From contig CAZABT010000001.1 in the NCBI GenBank assembly GCA_964483395.1, positions 21,267-85,266 on the forward strand: a stretch of 64,000 nt of DNA. Reading direction: 5' to 3'. Within the stretch, counting starts at the first letter, position 1. Every line of letters begins with the position of its first letter. Positions 63,254 through 64,000 of this stretch are shown piece by piece. Both the position numbers and the translations under genes were made by a program. This DNA is from an uncultured Lachnospiraceae bacterium. GTDB lineage: Bacteria; Bacillota; Clostridia; Lachnospirales; Lachnospiraceae. The notes beneath the pieces were generated by a model. That model was given only the letters and a program-made list of their open reading frames with translations. It made no database searches and had not been told where the DNA came from.

Positions 63254-64000
63254 ATGTGCGGAATTGTAGGATACATAGGAAAGAGTCAGGCAGCACCGAT
63301 TTTACTGGATGGTCTGTCCAAGCTGGAATACAGGGGCTATGACTCAGCGGGAATCGCCGTATACAATGGTGAAGAAATTAAGATGGTCAAGGCCATGGGC
63401 CGTTTGAAGGTGCTGGAAGAATTAACACATGGCGGAGAGACTTTGCCGGGCATGGTCGGTATCGGACATACACGCTGGGCAACGCACGGACAGCCTTCCG
63501 ATATCAATTCCCATCCGCATTTCAATACCTCAGGTACGATTGCAGTGGTACATAATGGTATTATTGAGAATTATCTGGCACTTAAAGATAAGCTTGTCAG
63601 AAAGGGCTATGTATTCAAATCCGAGACGGACACAGAGGTGGTTGCCCATCTGATTGATTATTACTATAAAGGAAATCCGCTGGAGGCCATCACTAAGGTT
63701 ATGCACCGCGTGGAAGGCTCCTATGCACTCGGCATTCTTTTCTCAGAGCATCCGGATCAGATTTTCGCTGTCAGAAAGGACAGTCCTCTGATTGTAGGAA
63801 AGAGCGAGGATGGCTGCTTTATTGCGTCTGATGTACCGGCAGTATTGAAATATACACGTGACGTATACTTTATCAACAACCAGGAGGTTGTCAGATTACG
63901 TGCGGATCATATGCATTTTTATTCAGTGGATGAGGAGGAAATACAGAAGGAATCTATTCGCATCGATTGGGATGCTGATGCAGCAGAAAAGGGCGGTTAT
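63254..64000 (+). CDS. glmS: glutamine--fructose-6-phosphate aminotransferase, N-terminal part (3' end outside the window)
   Basis: MCGIVGYIG..LEYRGYDSAGIAV, GIGHTRWATHG, HNGIIENY. AGGAGGAAA RBS. The frame is open to the window end. Confidence 0.95.
   Translation, partial: MCGIVGYIGKSQAAPILLDGLSKLEYRGYDSAGIAVYNGEEIKMVKAMGRLKVLEELTHGGETLPGMVGIGHTRWATHGQPSDINSHPHFNTSGTIAVVHNGIIENYLALKDKLVRKGYVFKSETDTEVVAHLIDYYYKGNPLEAITKVMHRVEGSYALGILFSEHPDQIFAVRKDSPLIVGKSEDGCFIASDVPAVLKYTRDVYFINNQEVVRLRADHMHFYSVDEEEIQKESIRIDWDADAAEKGGY

Noticed and set aside
1-64000. CRISPR arrays, tRNA/rRNA genes, insertion sequences, integrases, prophage or toxin-antitoxin/defence modules.
   Set aside because: I found no regularly spaced repeats, no cloverleaf-like or rRNA-like segments in the few short intergenic gaps, and no transposase, recombinase or nuclease motifs among the ORFs.

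Overview
This 64-kb window is an almost uninterrupted, co-directional cell-envelope glycopolymer super-locus. I call 51 CDS, 49 of them on the + strand, with many 4-nt ATGA stop/start overlaps. The genome looks Gram-positive and Clostridia-like: AGGAGG-type RBSs, an LCP ligase, YfhO, GtrA, a GH25 muramidase with cell-wall-binding repeats, and a Spo0A C-domain paralogue. I saw no rRNA, tRNA, CRISPR array, transposase, integrase or phage gene. Layout: (A) 1-20569 is a Wzx/Wzy-type heteropolysaccharide module. It has a WecB/NeuC-family epimerase, GT1/GT2/WbsX transferases, a Wzy-like protein, two MOP flippases and a Bac_transf priming transferase. It also has a nonulosonic-acid branch: a NeuB-family synthase plus a fused cytidylyltransferase/PseG-SpsG-like protein. 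(B) 17052-22371 has a DegT aminotransferase translationally coupled to a polyprenyl-phosphate GT2, followed by a convergent GT-C-like membrane protein. This is Arn-like logic. (C) 22496-30970 is a perfect consensus promoter driving an operon of large membrane proteins of mostly unknown family, plus a YdjC-family deacetylase and a YfhO protein. (D) 30981-34239 is a regulatory island. It holds 21-bp-phased direct repeats with a promoter, a LytTR response regulator, an AgrC-like GHKL kinase, a receiver-less Spo0A C-domain protein and a small zinc-ribbon gene with its own promoter and a bidirectional terminator. (E) 34211-50053 is a dTDP-rhamnose / ABC-transporter-dependent glycan module. It has rfbB, rfbA, an embedded GH25 autolysin, rfbC, Wzm, a Wzt with a C-terminal binding domain, a WbdD-like methyltransferase/kinase-like protein, multidomain GT2s and a phosphohexomutase. 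No rmlD is present. (F) 50089-59643 is a side-chain/decoration module. It has a GT-C-like protein, GtrA, a SASA-type esterase lipoprotein, a GT2 plus UPF0104 pair, an APH-like kinase/HAD phosphatase/nucleotidyltransferase triad, and more GT2s. (G) 59671-64000 has a second priming transferase, an LCP ligase, a GT2 and the 5' part of glmS. The best candidates for undescribed biology are the module C operon, the Arn-like aminosugar route, the kinase-HAD-nucleotidyltransferase activation triad, the WbdD/Wzt-type capping logic in a Gram-positive, and the LytTR/Spo0A-C regulatory island between the glycan modules. All functional calls come from motif recognition by eye; no database search was run.
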